Shown: one piece after another, positions 50,418 to 59,030 of the stretch | Position numbering within the stretch: the first letter of the stretch is position 1 | How the letters are laid out: every line of letters starts with the position of its first letter | From: Tolypothrix carrinoi HA7290-LM1 | Lineage (GTDB): Bacteria > Cyanobacteriota > Cyanobacteriia > Cyanobacteriales > Nostocaceae | NCBI GenBank assembly: GCA_019358935.1 | Contig: JAHHIK010000046.1 | Span: 1 to 59,465 of the forward strand | Length of the DNA: 59,465 bases | Reading direction: 5' to 3' | Program-made: the position numbers and the translations under genes | The notes under the pieces: model-generated | Seen by the model: the letters and a program-made list of their open reading frames with translations, nothing else | What the model was told of the DNA's origin: nothing | Database searches by the model: none

Positions 50418-50852
50418 ATGGCAGACAAGAAACTTAGCTCACAAGAGTTATTCACTATCAGTCAAATGATAATTGAGATTGTGAGTATTAGTCGAGTTAG
50501 AAGATTAATCTTACATCAGAGTGGTAAAATAACTTTAGCGGAGTTATTAAATATTTCCACAGCAGAAAGCACTCTTTTAGGAGATGCAACTGAGCTCTCT
50601 AATCAATTTATTAATGGCATAGTTACAGACTTAGAATCTCCAGGAGATAGAATTAAAATAGCTACAAAAAAGGCACAAGATTCTATTAATAAGATAGAAA
50701 ATTTTCAAAACTTCATAGGTATATTAGGAAGTGTAATTGAGCTTTTAGGACAAATTGTCACTGCTGCGCCTTCTGTTATAATCGGACAAGTTCCATTTGC
50801 CGCAATAGCTAGTGGAGTAGATAAATTTGAAAACCTGTTAAAACAGTTATAG
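50418..50852 (+). CDS. Hypothetical helical protein with hydrophobic C-terminus
   Basis: AGGAG RBS, 144 aa, follows the lipoprotein gene. Confidence 0.75.
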   Translation: MADKKLSSQELFTISQMIIEIVSISRVRRLILHQSGKITLAELLNISTAESTLLGDATELSNQFINGIVTDLESPGDRIKIATKKAQDSINKIENFQNFIGILGSVIELLGQIVTAAPSVIIGQVPFAAIASGVDKFENLLKQL

Positions 50853-50879
50853 AATGACTCTAATTAAATGGAGTCATGC

Positions 50880-50920
50880 GGAAAGTTATAAGTTATTAAA
50901 TTAATAACTCATAACTTTCC
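50880..50920. terminator. Long hairpin between convergent genes
   Basis: GGAAAGTTATAAGTTATTAA-A-TTAATAACTCATAACTTTCC. Confidence 0.65.
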
Positions 50921-50936
50921 CAGACAAAATCGTTAA

Positions 50937-51662
50937 TCAAAACGGCAAAAATAGCTTTTGGGTTAAGCTTAACTTCGTCTCTACACCTAAAGAATCTGGT
51001 ATTTTGTCACATTCAAAATAAGTCCCGTGCATTTTATCCCAAAGCTTGAAATTTGCTCCATAATTACCACAAATACCGCTGCTGGCGTGATGCCAAGCAT
51101 GATTCTGGGGTAAAATTAGCCAAGGTGACAAACAGCGGTAAAATAAAGATGTTGGTGTCGGTGTAAAAATACTGTGTCTCCACAAATCTAAAGCCGAACT
51201 TAAGCTGACACCCGCAACATACCAGCTAGAATCTTGCAGCACATAGATAAATAAAGCGTGAACCCACAAGTAAATAATTAGGAAACTTGTCCACAAAGTA
51301 TTGCGAGAAGTTCCTAAAATATCCATTTGTGTAACTGTGTGATGCACTTGATGCACATACCACAGCCAACGGGTATGAAATAAGCGATGATTCCAGTAGT
51401 AAAGATAATCTACAAATACGAAGCTGAAGCAAAATGCAACGATGGGGTGCAGATTTAGTGCAGATTGAAAATTGGAAAGCAAATGCTGATAAAGTTGATA
51501 TATAACAGTTATTTGCAGGATGGGAATCAAAATTCCCTGAAAAAATAGATTAATTCCATCCACAAACCAGTCTTCACGCTTCTTTAAGCGAAATAAAGTA
51601 AGTTTGTTGTCATTAGCCACAGTCAGCGTCAGCAAAATCACGAAGGCAAAAAAAACTAACAT
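50937..51662 (-). CDS. Sterol desaturase / fatty-acid hydroxylase family protein
   Basis: DYLYYWNHRLFH, HQVHH, WRHS, HAWHH, NYGANF..WDKMHGT. Confidence 0.9.
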   Translation of the reverse strand: MLVFFAFVILLTLTVANDNKLTLFRLKKREDWFVDGINLFFQGILIPILQITVIYQLYQHLLSNFQSALNLHPIVAFCFSFVFVDYLYYWNHRLFHTRWLWYVHQVHHTVTQMDILGTSRNTLWTSFLIIYLWVHALFIYVLQDSSWYVAGVSLSSALDLWRHSIFTPTPTSLFYRCLSPWLILPQNHAWHHASSGICGNYGANFKLWDKMHGTYFECDKIPDSLGVETKLSLTQKLFLPF

Positions 51663-51776
51663 TTCAAAAAACAGTGTCTCTTTACACCATTTGCAAGTTG
51701 AATTTTATTTATAATTTTTCTCAGGTTCTACCTGGGAATTATGAAGTGGCTTTATTTTGCCACTTCTTTTTGTGAA

Positions 51777-51869
51777 CAGGACTTACGCACTCTTTCACGG
51801 AGAAACGAACCACGAAGAGACGAAGGACACGAAGGAAGAAGGATGAGAGAGATTTTTGCGTAAGTTCTA
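51777..51869. mobile_element. MITE-like element with AGGACTTACGCA terminal repeats
   Basis: CAGGACTTACGCA ... TGCGTAAGTTCTA with internal ACGAAG-type repeats. Confidence 0.65.
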
Positions 51870-51879
51870 TGAATATAGT

Positions 51880-52902
51880 TCACACCCAAAATTTGATTTC
51901 TACAGATTTTTCTGGTAAGTTTCTTGGATCTTCCCCTTGAGCGATTTTGTTGCGGATAGATTCGACAAAGACGTGGATGGTATCTGCGGGGGTGTTGGCA
52001 AAATTGCTGCCGTATTTTTCAATTACTTGCCACTGGATGTTTAAAGCTTCGACATCTTGGCGGATAATATATTGAGCAGTCCATTTGACAAAAGGTCGTG
52101 CTAACTTGTTCCAAATGCCGTAGTTGAAGGTTACATCAGTGTAAACTAAAGTTGAGTCCGCAGCTTCGGGAATCGATTGGCTGGTGATGAAAAGTTTTCT
52201 GTGCGTTCCCATATCATACTCAACGCTGGTGATATTCGGCATATGAAAGCTGTCGATATGACGAATTTCGTAACCTTGAGAGTTGAGGAAGTGTGTAAAC
52301 CAACCGAGATTTGTTGTCTCGTTACGGTAGGATGCGAATACTGAACCGTTGCGTCTTTGGACTGTCATTTCTAGCTGTGAAGCGCTAGGTGTGCGGAAGA
52401 CTCCGGGATGAACTGATGCGGTGTGGGGAATGTCGATGAAGTTTTCAGCGCAGTTGGTGACGTTGTTGCGAAAGCGGTTGATGACACGTACTGTTTCCCA
52501 TCCTGGTTGTTTATAGGAAGGCATTTTGAAAGGCGCAAATTCTTGACTTGGATTTTGCGTCAGTCGCACATAAACATATCCATCTTGCTCTTTTGTGTCA
52601 TAAGATAACACGCGACGAGCATCGCTAACTTGAAAATTTTCACCTTCAGCAGGTACAGCTACCACCTTGCCGGTTTTATCGTAAACCCAACCGTGGTAAG
52701 GACACTGGATTTTGCCTCCACAGATTTTACCATGAGACAGACGGCTGTTTCTGTGCATACAGCGATCGCGCAATACAACCGCTTTCCCATCATCACCACG
52801 AAACACCACCAGCCATTCATCTAAAACTGTGCGTTGCAGTATCGTCTTCAATTTTAGTTGCTTGCTTTCACAAACAATATACCAAAAATCCTCAAATCTC
52901 AC
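51880..52902 (-). CDS. Rieske non-heme iron oxygenase (3)
   Basis: CMH..CPYHGW Rieske ligands; NFIDIPHTASVH; GTG start overlaps the ferredoxin TGA (GTGA). Confidence 0.92.
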   Translation of the reverse strand: MRFEDFWYIVCESKQLKLKTILQRTVLDEWLVVFRGDDGKAVVLRDRCMHRNSRLSHGKICGGKIQCPYHGWVYDKTGKVVAVPAEGENFQVSDARRVLSYDTKEQDGYVYVRLTQNPSQEFAPFKMPSYKQPGWETVRVINRFRNNVTNCAENFIDIPHTASVHPGVFRTPSASQLEMTVQRRNGSVFASYRNETTNLGWFTHFLNSQGYEIRHIDSFHMPNITSVEYDMGTHRKLFITSQSIPEAADSTLVYTDVTFNYGIWNKLARPFVKWTAQYIIRQDVEALNIQWQVIEKYGSNFANTPADTIHVFVESIRNKIAQGEDPRNLPEKSVEIKFWV

Positions 52903-53192
52903 TTTTCCCCCGCATAACTTTTTATTTCTATATCGTTTGTTAAATCTATCTGGCAAGCAAGTCTTGCTTGTTGATTTCCCGGTGCAAATATCTCTAAAAT
53001 TTCTTTTTCTTCTTCGCTAGGAGGTGGAATATCACCTTCTACAACTACCAGACAAGTTCCACAAATTCCCGTCCGACAACCAAATAACACCGGAGAATTT
53101 TGTACTGTCAGATGTTCAGAAAGTTTTTCATGTCTTTCCAAACTAATTGGTTGATAATTGCTTTGAGGAAAACGGATAATATGTTTATTCAT
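52899..53192 (-). CDS. 2Fe-2S ferredoxin
   Basis: GCRTGICGTC...RLACQ; ATG overlaps the upstream TAA (TAATG). Confidence 0.92.
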   Translation of the reverse strand: MNKHIIRFPQSNYQPISLERHEKLSEHLTVQNSPVLFGCRTGICGTCLVVVEGDIPPPSEEEKEILEIFAPGNQQARLACQIDLTNDIEIKSYAGEK

Positions 53193-54367
53193 TAGGACTT
53201 ACGCAAAAATTCTCTCTCTTCCTCATTCCTCTGTGAACTCTGCGTCGCGCCAGTCGCTACAACGGGGGGAACCCCCGCAACGCGCTGGCTTCTCTGCGGT
53301 TCGTTAAATAAATCTTCTTTGGCTAATAAAAACTTATTTTTCGACCAGACAGACGCTTCCAGTTGATTTACATACTGCATATATTTAACCAACGGAATAT
53401 CTATATTAAGAATTGCATTGGGATTGTAGCGAATATTGTCATAAATCATGCCATCTTCACCACGCAAGAAATAGTAAGCTAATTTCGTCAGCAAAAGCAA
53501 CATTCGCGTAATAACCCAACCGAAAATACCTTTTCTTTCTTCTGCAACATAAATAGGTTGAATCCGCGTTCTACCCGTTTCTTGTGGGGTGTAAGCGTAA
53601 ATCATATGTAATGGTGGCACAATACGAACTTTTTTCATAATAGTTAAAAGCCCGATACAGCCATCTGCATATCTCATAGTATATTCGTAATGTTCGCCGA
53701 TAATTTTTCGCCCAATTCGCTCTCTGGTTGTCGTTTGAGGAAATTCACCGCTCAGTGTAAAATCAACAATTGTACCGGATTCATCTTGTTGTAAATATAA
53801 ATCCATTTTAATATTTAATTTATGTACGGTTTGCAGATGTTGAGCATCAATGCCATTCATCATGCAAATGTGGTGATGACAACTTCTCTCAAAAGCTTTG
53901 TCGTGTATTGTCACGAGAGATTTATCTTTAAGTTCATCAAATTCAACTACTTTATTTGGTGCTTTCGTATCTGGATAAACCCAAATAAAATCATATTTTT
54001 CATCTGTAGCGTAAGATTGCAGTTTCGCTTTGTCGGGAATTGTTGATTGACAAGGAATATCCTGACAGTTTCCCTCACCATCAAATGCCCAATGATGAAA
54101 AAAACAGCGAATGAAATTACCATCAACTCGTCCAATTCCTAAATCAGTTCCTAAATGTGGGCAATAAGCATCTAATGCGCGAATCTTTCCATCTTGTCCG
54201 CGAAAGATAACGATTTGTTGTCCGCAAAGATTTAAAGATTTTGCTTGACCTTTTGGTATTTCTTTGCTTGGACAAGCAATATACCAGCCTTTTGCGATAA
54301 TATCCCAATTGTTAAAGATTTTCATCTTCAGAATCGGTTGTGTGTTTTGATTTTGAAATTGATTCAT
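53192..54367 (-). CDS. Rieske non-heme iron oxygenase (2) with repeat-derived C-terminal tail
   Basis: CPHLG..CFFHHW; NGIDAQHLQTVH. Confidence 0.92.
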   Translation of the reverse strand: MNQFQNQNTQPILKMKIFNNWDIIAKGWYIACPSKEIPKGQAKSLNLCGQQIVIFRGQDGKIRALDAYCPHLGTDLGIGRVDGNFIRCFFHHWAFDGEGNCQDIPCQSTIPDKAKLQSYATDEKYDFIWVYPDTKAPNKVVEFDELKDKSLVTIHDKAFERSCHHHICMMNGIDAQHLQTVHKLNIKMDLYLQQDESGTIVDFTLSGEFPQTTTRERIGRKIIGEHYEYTMRYADGCIGLLTIMKKVRIVPPLHMIYAYTPQETGRTRIQPIYVAEERKGIFGWVITRMLLLLTKLAYYFLRGEDGMIYDNIRYNPNAILNIDIPLVKYMQYVNQLEASVWSKNKFLLAKEDLFNEPQRSQRVAGVPPVVATGATQSSQRNEEEREFLRKS

Positions 54368-54400
54368 TATAAGATAAGTAAATAATTAATCTGGAAATAT

Positions 54401-54435
54401 GTAGTAAGCGCTGTCTTCGCTGAAGCGCTTACTAC
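54401..54435. repeat. GTAG-type REP palindrome containing the stop of the CylC/AurF-like gene
   Basis: GTAGTAAGCGCT-N11-AGCGCTTACTAC. Confidence 0.75.
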
Positions 54436-55625
54436 GAATTTTCAGAAAACGAGGATGATGAAAAGGCTTTTGTTTGCGTTGCTAAATATTTAGGAATAGA
54501 ATTTGATGCCATTAGGGACATTTGTTTATTACTTTGCCAAACGTAGTCAAGTTTATCGAGGTAAACTTTATAAGATTCCATCGCTTCGGTGTGGGTTTGA
54601 TAGCTGCGATGCAGTCCTTCTGATTCTTGGGTGAAGCTAAGACGCATCATTTCTTTTGCTTCAATATCGGTCATACTAAAAGATGGCGATCGCAAGACTT
54701 GATAAATCGCTGCATACAATGCCGGATCGTACCAAAAAATCCCGTTTATAACCGCACTAAAATGATAATGGTCTTTTTGACAACCACGCAAACCCAAGTT
54801 AGCGACTAACTTCTCAAATGCTGTCGGTGGTTGCAAACACGAAATCACATCATGGGATATAATTGTCGAACTGTTAAAATGAAAGCTTTCATCCATGAAG
54901 TGATAGTAAGATATCTTTGCAGGGATGGGAGCGTTTTCTTGGTCGGGATGTTTCTGATAAAAATTGCTTAATTTGTGCTGTACTAACTTACCGTTGAGTG
55001 TTCGCACACCCCGCACGGTGAAGTATTGGCAAGCTAAGAAGGTATTATCTGATGATAAAAGTCCAAAGGTTTGTAGTTGCAGCTTTTTCCAGAATCTTTT
55101 GAAGGTGTTGGTATCAGCAAAAATCATCGTTTCCGCAAATGGTCCGCGCATTGTATAAGAGAAAATTCGCTTGCCAAATAATGCGGCTTCTACTTGGTGG
55201 GAAATTGTTTTAAAAGCGTGAATATGTGCGCGTTCTTGGGCAGATTCTAAGTCGAGCATATCACAAACTAGACGAAAGTCTTCTTGGGCATAAAGTCCGG
55301 CTGCGCTAGTTTGATTAAAGAAGATTGTCGCAATTTCTGCGGAGATAATTTGCGAATAATAAGCTACCCAATAAAGTTGATTTAAGATAACTTTTTGACT
55401 TTGGCTTGCTTGTGACCATACAGGTGTACCGTAAAGTAAAGAGAATTCCTCTGGGTTCCAGTAGACATCTTTGCAATCTTCATATTTAAATGCGGCAGCA
55501 GCTTCGTCAAGCAGTTGCGTGTGGTCTTGTTGTTTGTTGCGTGTGTGGTTAATTTGTAGTTTGCGGTAAACTTTGGGATTTTCTAGAAGTGTGTTTTGTT
55601 TAAGTTCGTTGAGTGTTGTGTTCAT
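54432..55625 (-). CDS. CylC/AurF-type dimetal-carboxylate enzyme (halogenase/oxygenase)
   Basis: YWNPEEFSLLYGTP..LNQLYW..E.AT..FNQ, ESAQERAHIHAF, HFMDESFH; resembles CylC-family proteins from memory. Confidence 0.8.
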   Translation of the reverse strand: MNTTLNELKQNTLLENPKVYRKLQINHTRNKQQDHTQLLDEAAAAFKYEDCKDVYWNPEEFSLLYGTPVWSQASQSQKVILNQLYWVAYYSQIISAEIATIFFNQTSAAGLYAQEDFRLVCDMLDLESAQERAHIHAFKTISHQVEAALFGKRIFSYTMRGPFAETMIFADTNTFKRFWKKLQLQTFGLLSSDNTFLACQYFTVRGVRTLNGKLVQHKLSNFYQKHPDQENAPIPAKISYYHFMDESFHFNSSTIISHDVISCLQPPTAFEKLVANLGLRGCQKDHYHFSAVINGIFWYDPALYAAIYQVLRSPSFSMTDIEAKEMMRLSFTQESEGLHRSYQTHTEAMESYKVYLDKLDYVWQSNKQMSLMASNSIPKYLATQTKAFSSSSFSENS

Positions 55626-55649
55626 GTTAAATATTTATAAATATAAGAA

Positions 55650-55786
55650 AAACCTAACCCCCTACCCCCTTTCCTACGAGGAAAGGGGGAATTTTTACTC
55701 CCCTCTCCGTTTCGGAGAGGGGTTGGGGGAGCGGAAAGTTTGAGCGGAGGTTTCCTCCGATCAAAGCGCATCCTCGACAGAGGTTC
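55650..55786. repeat. Composite hairpin element (CCCCTCTCC..GGAGAGGGG family) with an inserted AAAGTTTGAGCGGAGGTTTCCTCCGATCAAAGC unit
   Basis: Same host element as the insert in the GT4 gene at 18175; the inner unit also occurs near 25758. Confidence 0.7.
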
Positions 55787-55788
55787 TT

Positions 55789-56817
55789 TTATACACATTT
55801 GTGGGGTGGGAAAGGGTGAAATGATTTTTGCTGGTCGAGTTGTTGAAGTATAATTTCTGCATGGGAGTGACTCATGAGCGATCGCAACAATTTCAAACGA
55901 CTACCACTGTGAGTTTCTGTATCCAATTCGGCAAAAATCTTTACTTTCTGTTGACGTGATAAATCACCTTTGACTTTCTCTATTGCAGTTACGACGCTTT
56001 GCGGTCCGACTTGCACCATCTGCAAAAATGATGCTAGTGTCTCGATTATCGTATTTTGGCTTGATTGGGTAACATCTATTCGGTCAAATAGCGTTACTCC
56101 TGTACCGTGGTGACGGCTTTCGTCTTGCAAAAACGAATGTAACATCAAACTTAAATCTCTATTTACACAGTCTTTAGCGAGACTGCGATAATGGCTTAAA
56201 CCCCAACCTTCAAGCACCACTTGTAGCACGAACAGCAGCACGGTTTTATCTTGACTTTCTATCAAATCTCCTAAAAAGCGTAGGAAAAAGTTATTTCCCA
56301 CAGGTTCGGGAGTTGGCAGAAATTGGCTAATCTGGGCAAAATGGCTAGCTTCATCAGCACAAAAAAGAGCATAAAGCATCCTTTCTTCTGTCGTTTCTGC
56401 CAGCAGCACCATTTTTGCCATGTAACCCATACCCGCTTTCTCGATGAAGTAGGATTCTTCTAGCAGTCCGCAGCTACAAAGTTGTAAAATCTCAGCTTGC
56501 TCGTTTGGAGTAGCATCGGTAAAGATTTGTACATTATGTAAGTTGAAGTGGGTGGCGTCCCAAGGGGGATGGGGGGACAAGGGGGACAAGGAGGACAAGG
56601 GGGACAAGGGGGACAAGGAGGACAAGGAGGACAAGGGGGAATTTGCTTTCTTATCTCCCCCCTCTCCCTTGTCTCCCTTGTCTCCCTTGTCCCCTTGTCC
56701 CCTTGTCTCCCCCTCTCCCCCTCTCTTCAAAAGAGCTGAGGACAATAAGCGATGCAGTTTGTCTTGCTGTTGCAGGTGGGGTAGGTCGAATCCAGCGGTT
56801 TTGTGTTGAATATTCAT
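55789..56817 (-). CDS. Ferritin-like diiron protein with in-frame repeat insertion
   Basis: E..IEK, ADEASH, LEGWGLSHY, DESRHH ligand pattern. Confidence 0.85.
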   Translation of the reverse strand: MNIQHKTAGFDLPHLQQQDKLHRLLSSALLKRGGEGETRGQGDKGDKGDKGEGGDKKANSPLSSLSSLSPLSPLSSLSPLSPHPPWDATHFNLHNVQIFTDATPNEQAEILQLCSCGLLEESYFIEKAGMGYMAKMVLLAETTEERMLYALFCADEASHFAQISQFLPTPEPVGNNFFLRFLGDLIESQDKTVLLFVLQVVLEGWGLSHYRSLAKDCVNRDLSLMLHSFLQDESRHHGTGVTLFDRIDVTQSSQNTIIETLASFLQMVQVGPQSVVTAIEKVKGDLSRQQKVKIFAELDTETHSGSRLKLLRSLMSHSHAEIILQQLDQQKSFHPFPPHKCV

Positions 56818-56837
56818 TGGACTTATTGCGAAATTTT

Positions 56838-56901
56838 GCCCCCTGCCCCCTGCCCCTGCCCCCTGCCCCCTGCCCCTGCCCCCTGCCCCCTGCCCCCTGC
56901 C
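56838..56901. repeat. (CCCCCTG/CCCCTG)n array
   Basis: Read directly between Rieske 1 and the ferritin-like gene. Confidence 0.9.
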
Positions 56902-56905
56902 TTTA

Positions 56906-57991
56906 TCAGTCGCTAGTCATTTCGTCTCGCCATTTTGAGCGATCGCTACTTTCTATGTCACGCGATCGCGCATCTAGCCAAGTTTCCCAAGATAAAGCTC
57001 TCTGTCTTTCCACATGATTGATAAACTGCATAATGGATTGATCTGCCTTAATCGGGGTTCTCATGTCAAACTTAATTGTTTGGAAAATCTTAGTATCACC
57101 TTTAGCAAAGTAGTTGCCCACCATCTTCGTAAGTGATAGCACAACTGAGTTAAATAACCAACCGAAAATACCTTTGCGTTTTTTCGTAATTAACAAAGTT
57201 TGACCTTCGGCTTTTCCTTGTTCCGTCATACGCAGGGTAAACATGATGTGGAAGTGCAAAAAGTCGGGTCCAACTGTAACTGTACCGGTGCTACCGTACC
57301 AATAACACATGCTGTAGGTGACGGCGTTTTTGTAGAAAGGACGAATCAACTTGATAAAAAACGAATCTTCACCACCGCGTGTAGTATTGCTGAAGGTAAT
57401 TGCATTTTCATTCAGTTCGTCTTTCTCGAAGACAATTTCTAATGGTAGGTTGTGAACTGTATTGAAGTGTTGAGCGTCAATTGCATTAATCATCACCACA
57501 TTGGGATGACAATTTTTGATGAATCGCGAACCTAAAGCGCTGTAACATTCTTCATCTTCCAACTCTGGGACAAAGGGTAACGGTTGGTGCGGAGTTTCCC
57601 CAGTCCAAACCCAAATCATCCCGTATTTCTCAGCTGTGTGCCAAGATTTCAACTTCATCGGCAGCGGTTCTGACAAACAGGGGATATCAACACAAATCCC
57701 ATCAGCATCAAACTTCCAGTTGTGGAAAAAACAGCGCAATTCATTACCCTCAACTTTACCTTCCGCTAAATGAGCACCCATATGCGGACAGTAAGCGTCA
57801 AAGGTAATTACTCTTTTGTCTTGACCTCGGTAAATAACTAGTTCGCGACCGAGAACTGTGACAGCTTTTACCTCACCCTTCCTTAAATTGCGCGAGGGTA
57901 ATACCCAATACCACCCCTCGATAAAGCGCTGGGGATTATTGAAAGTCTTTTTTTGGCTTCTTGCGCTAAAAATCTGCGAGTTGACGTTCAT
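56906..57991 (-). CDS. Rieske non-heme iron oxygenase (1)
   Basis: CPHMG..CFFHNW; NAIDAQHFNTVH. Confidence 0.92.
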   Translation of the reverse strand: MNVNSQIFSARSQKKTFNNPQRFIEGWYWVLPSRNLRKGEVKAVTVLGRELVIYRGQDKRVITFDAYCPHMGAHLAEGKVEGNELRCFFHNWKFDADGICVDIPCLSEPLPMKLKSWHTAEKYGMIWVWTGETPHQPLPFVPELEDEECYSALGSRFIKNCHPNVVMINAIDAQHFNTVHNLPLEIVFEKDELNENAITFSNTTRGGEDSFFIKLIRPFYKNAVTYSMCYWYGSTGTVTVGPDFLHFHIMFTLRMTEQGKAEGQTLLITKKRKGIFGWLFNSVVLSLTKMVGNYFAKGDTKIFQTIKFDMRTPIKADQSIMQFINHVERQRALSWETWLDARSRDIESSDRSKWRDEMTSD

Positions 57992-58048
57992 GTTGAGGTT
58001 TTCACTTCTGGTGAAGCAGCTGATATATAATTCTTAATTTAATAGCCC

Positions 58049-58840
58049 TCAAAATGTTGCGATTGCAGGTTTTGCTTGAGGAGTATTTTTTTCTATCCCC
58101 CATTCTGCTGAAAACTGTTGCTGCTGCTTCACACAAGAATTAGCGAACCACATTCTTCTCCCTGCCGAAGTCAGGTTTTCTTCACAAATCTCTGTCAAGC
58201 AAACGAGTTCGGCGCCTTGGAGATGATCGGGGTTACATTGCTCAAAAAAGCGGATGTGAGGATCTTGCAGTCTTTCTTGAGGAATTCCCCGCAGACAGTC
58301 TCGCAGCACATGGGGATGAGGAAAGCGGACAACTCCCGCTTTTGTGTCATAATAATTGCCAAAGCGATCGCCTGCAAGAAACTCGATCAACGAGGAAATA
58401 TAAACTGGTGTAACTGCATCATATCGCGGATAAAACTCTTGCCAAAAAATCGGCAGAAAACGATAGGTACGATATCCCCCAGAAATGAGCAGCCAATATA
58501 GTCTACCCTGAGCATAATCTCGCCGAAGCTGGTTTACTGAAGTTATCCAACAGCGAGAAAGCGCAGAACTCGACCACCCGCTAGGGTCCATTATCGTGTC
58601 CCCAGAATAGACTACACTTAGTTTTTCCCCTTCAAACTCAGTGTTATACATCAACAGAGTAGAAAAACCTTGCAGCCGATCTGTTTTTTCATCTTTGAGC
58701 AGAATTACCCAGTTTTTCTGACTTAAGTCTGTCTCAAAAACATCTCGCTTTACACCTTCAAAATAAATGCTAAGTAGCGAGTACATAGCTTCCTTATCTT
58801 CTGGTGATAAATCCTCCGTGTGAACCAGTCGGCTTTTCAT
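58049..58840 (-). CDS. Hypothetical protein, probable GNAT/acyltransferase fold; first gene of the cluster
   Basis: LQGFSTL, VVYSGDTIMDP, LYWLLISGGYRTYRFLP, NP..GAELVCL; fold is inferred. Confidence 0.6.
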   Translation of the reverse strand: MKSRLVHTEDLSPEDKEAMYSLLSIYFEGVKRDVFETDLSQKNWVILLKDEKTDRLQGFSTLLMYNTEFEGEKLSVVYSGDTIMDPSGWSSSALSRCWITSVNQLRRDYAQGRLYWLLISGGYRTYRFLPIFWQEFYPRYDAVTPVYISSLIEFLAGDRFGNYYDTKAGVVRFPHPHVLRDCLRGIPQERLQDPHIRFFEQCNPDHLQGAELVCLTEICEENLTSAGRRMWFANSCVKQQQQFSAEWGIEKNTPQAKPAIATF

Positions 58841-59030
58841 TGCTTCATCAAAACAAATTTTGTCGTTCCATTATATGAACTGTAATCATTTGTTTGATGT
58901 AATTATAAAGTTCTGTGTCAGAAACTCATCTGTCCTTCTTTCTCAGTCCTCGATCCGCAGTCCCCAGTTTCCAGTCTGTAGTGTTAAAACAGATGTCAGG
59001 CTTTGCAAAAAGGCTGGTGAATCAAGTTTC

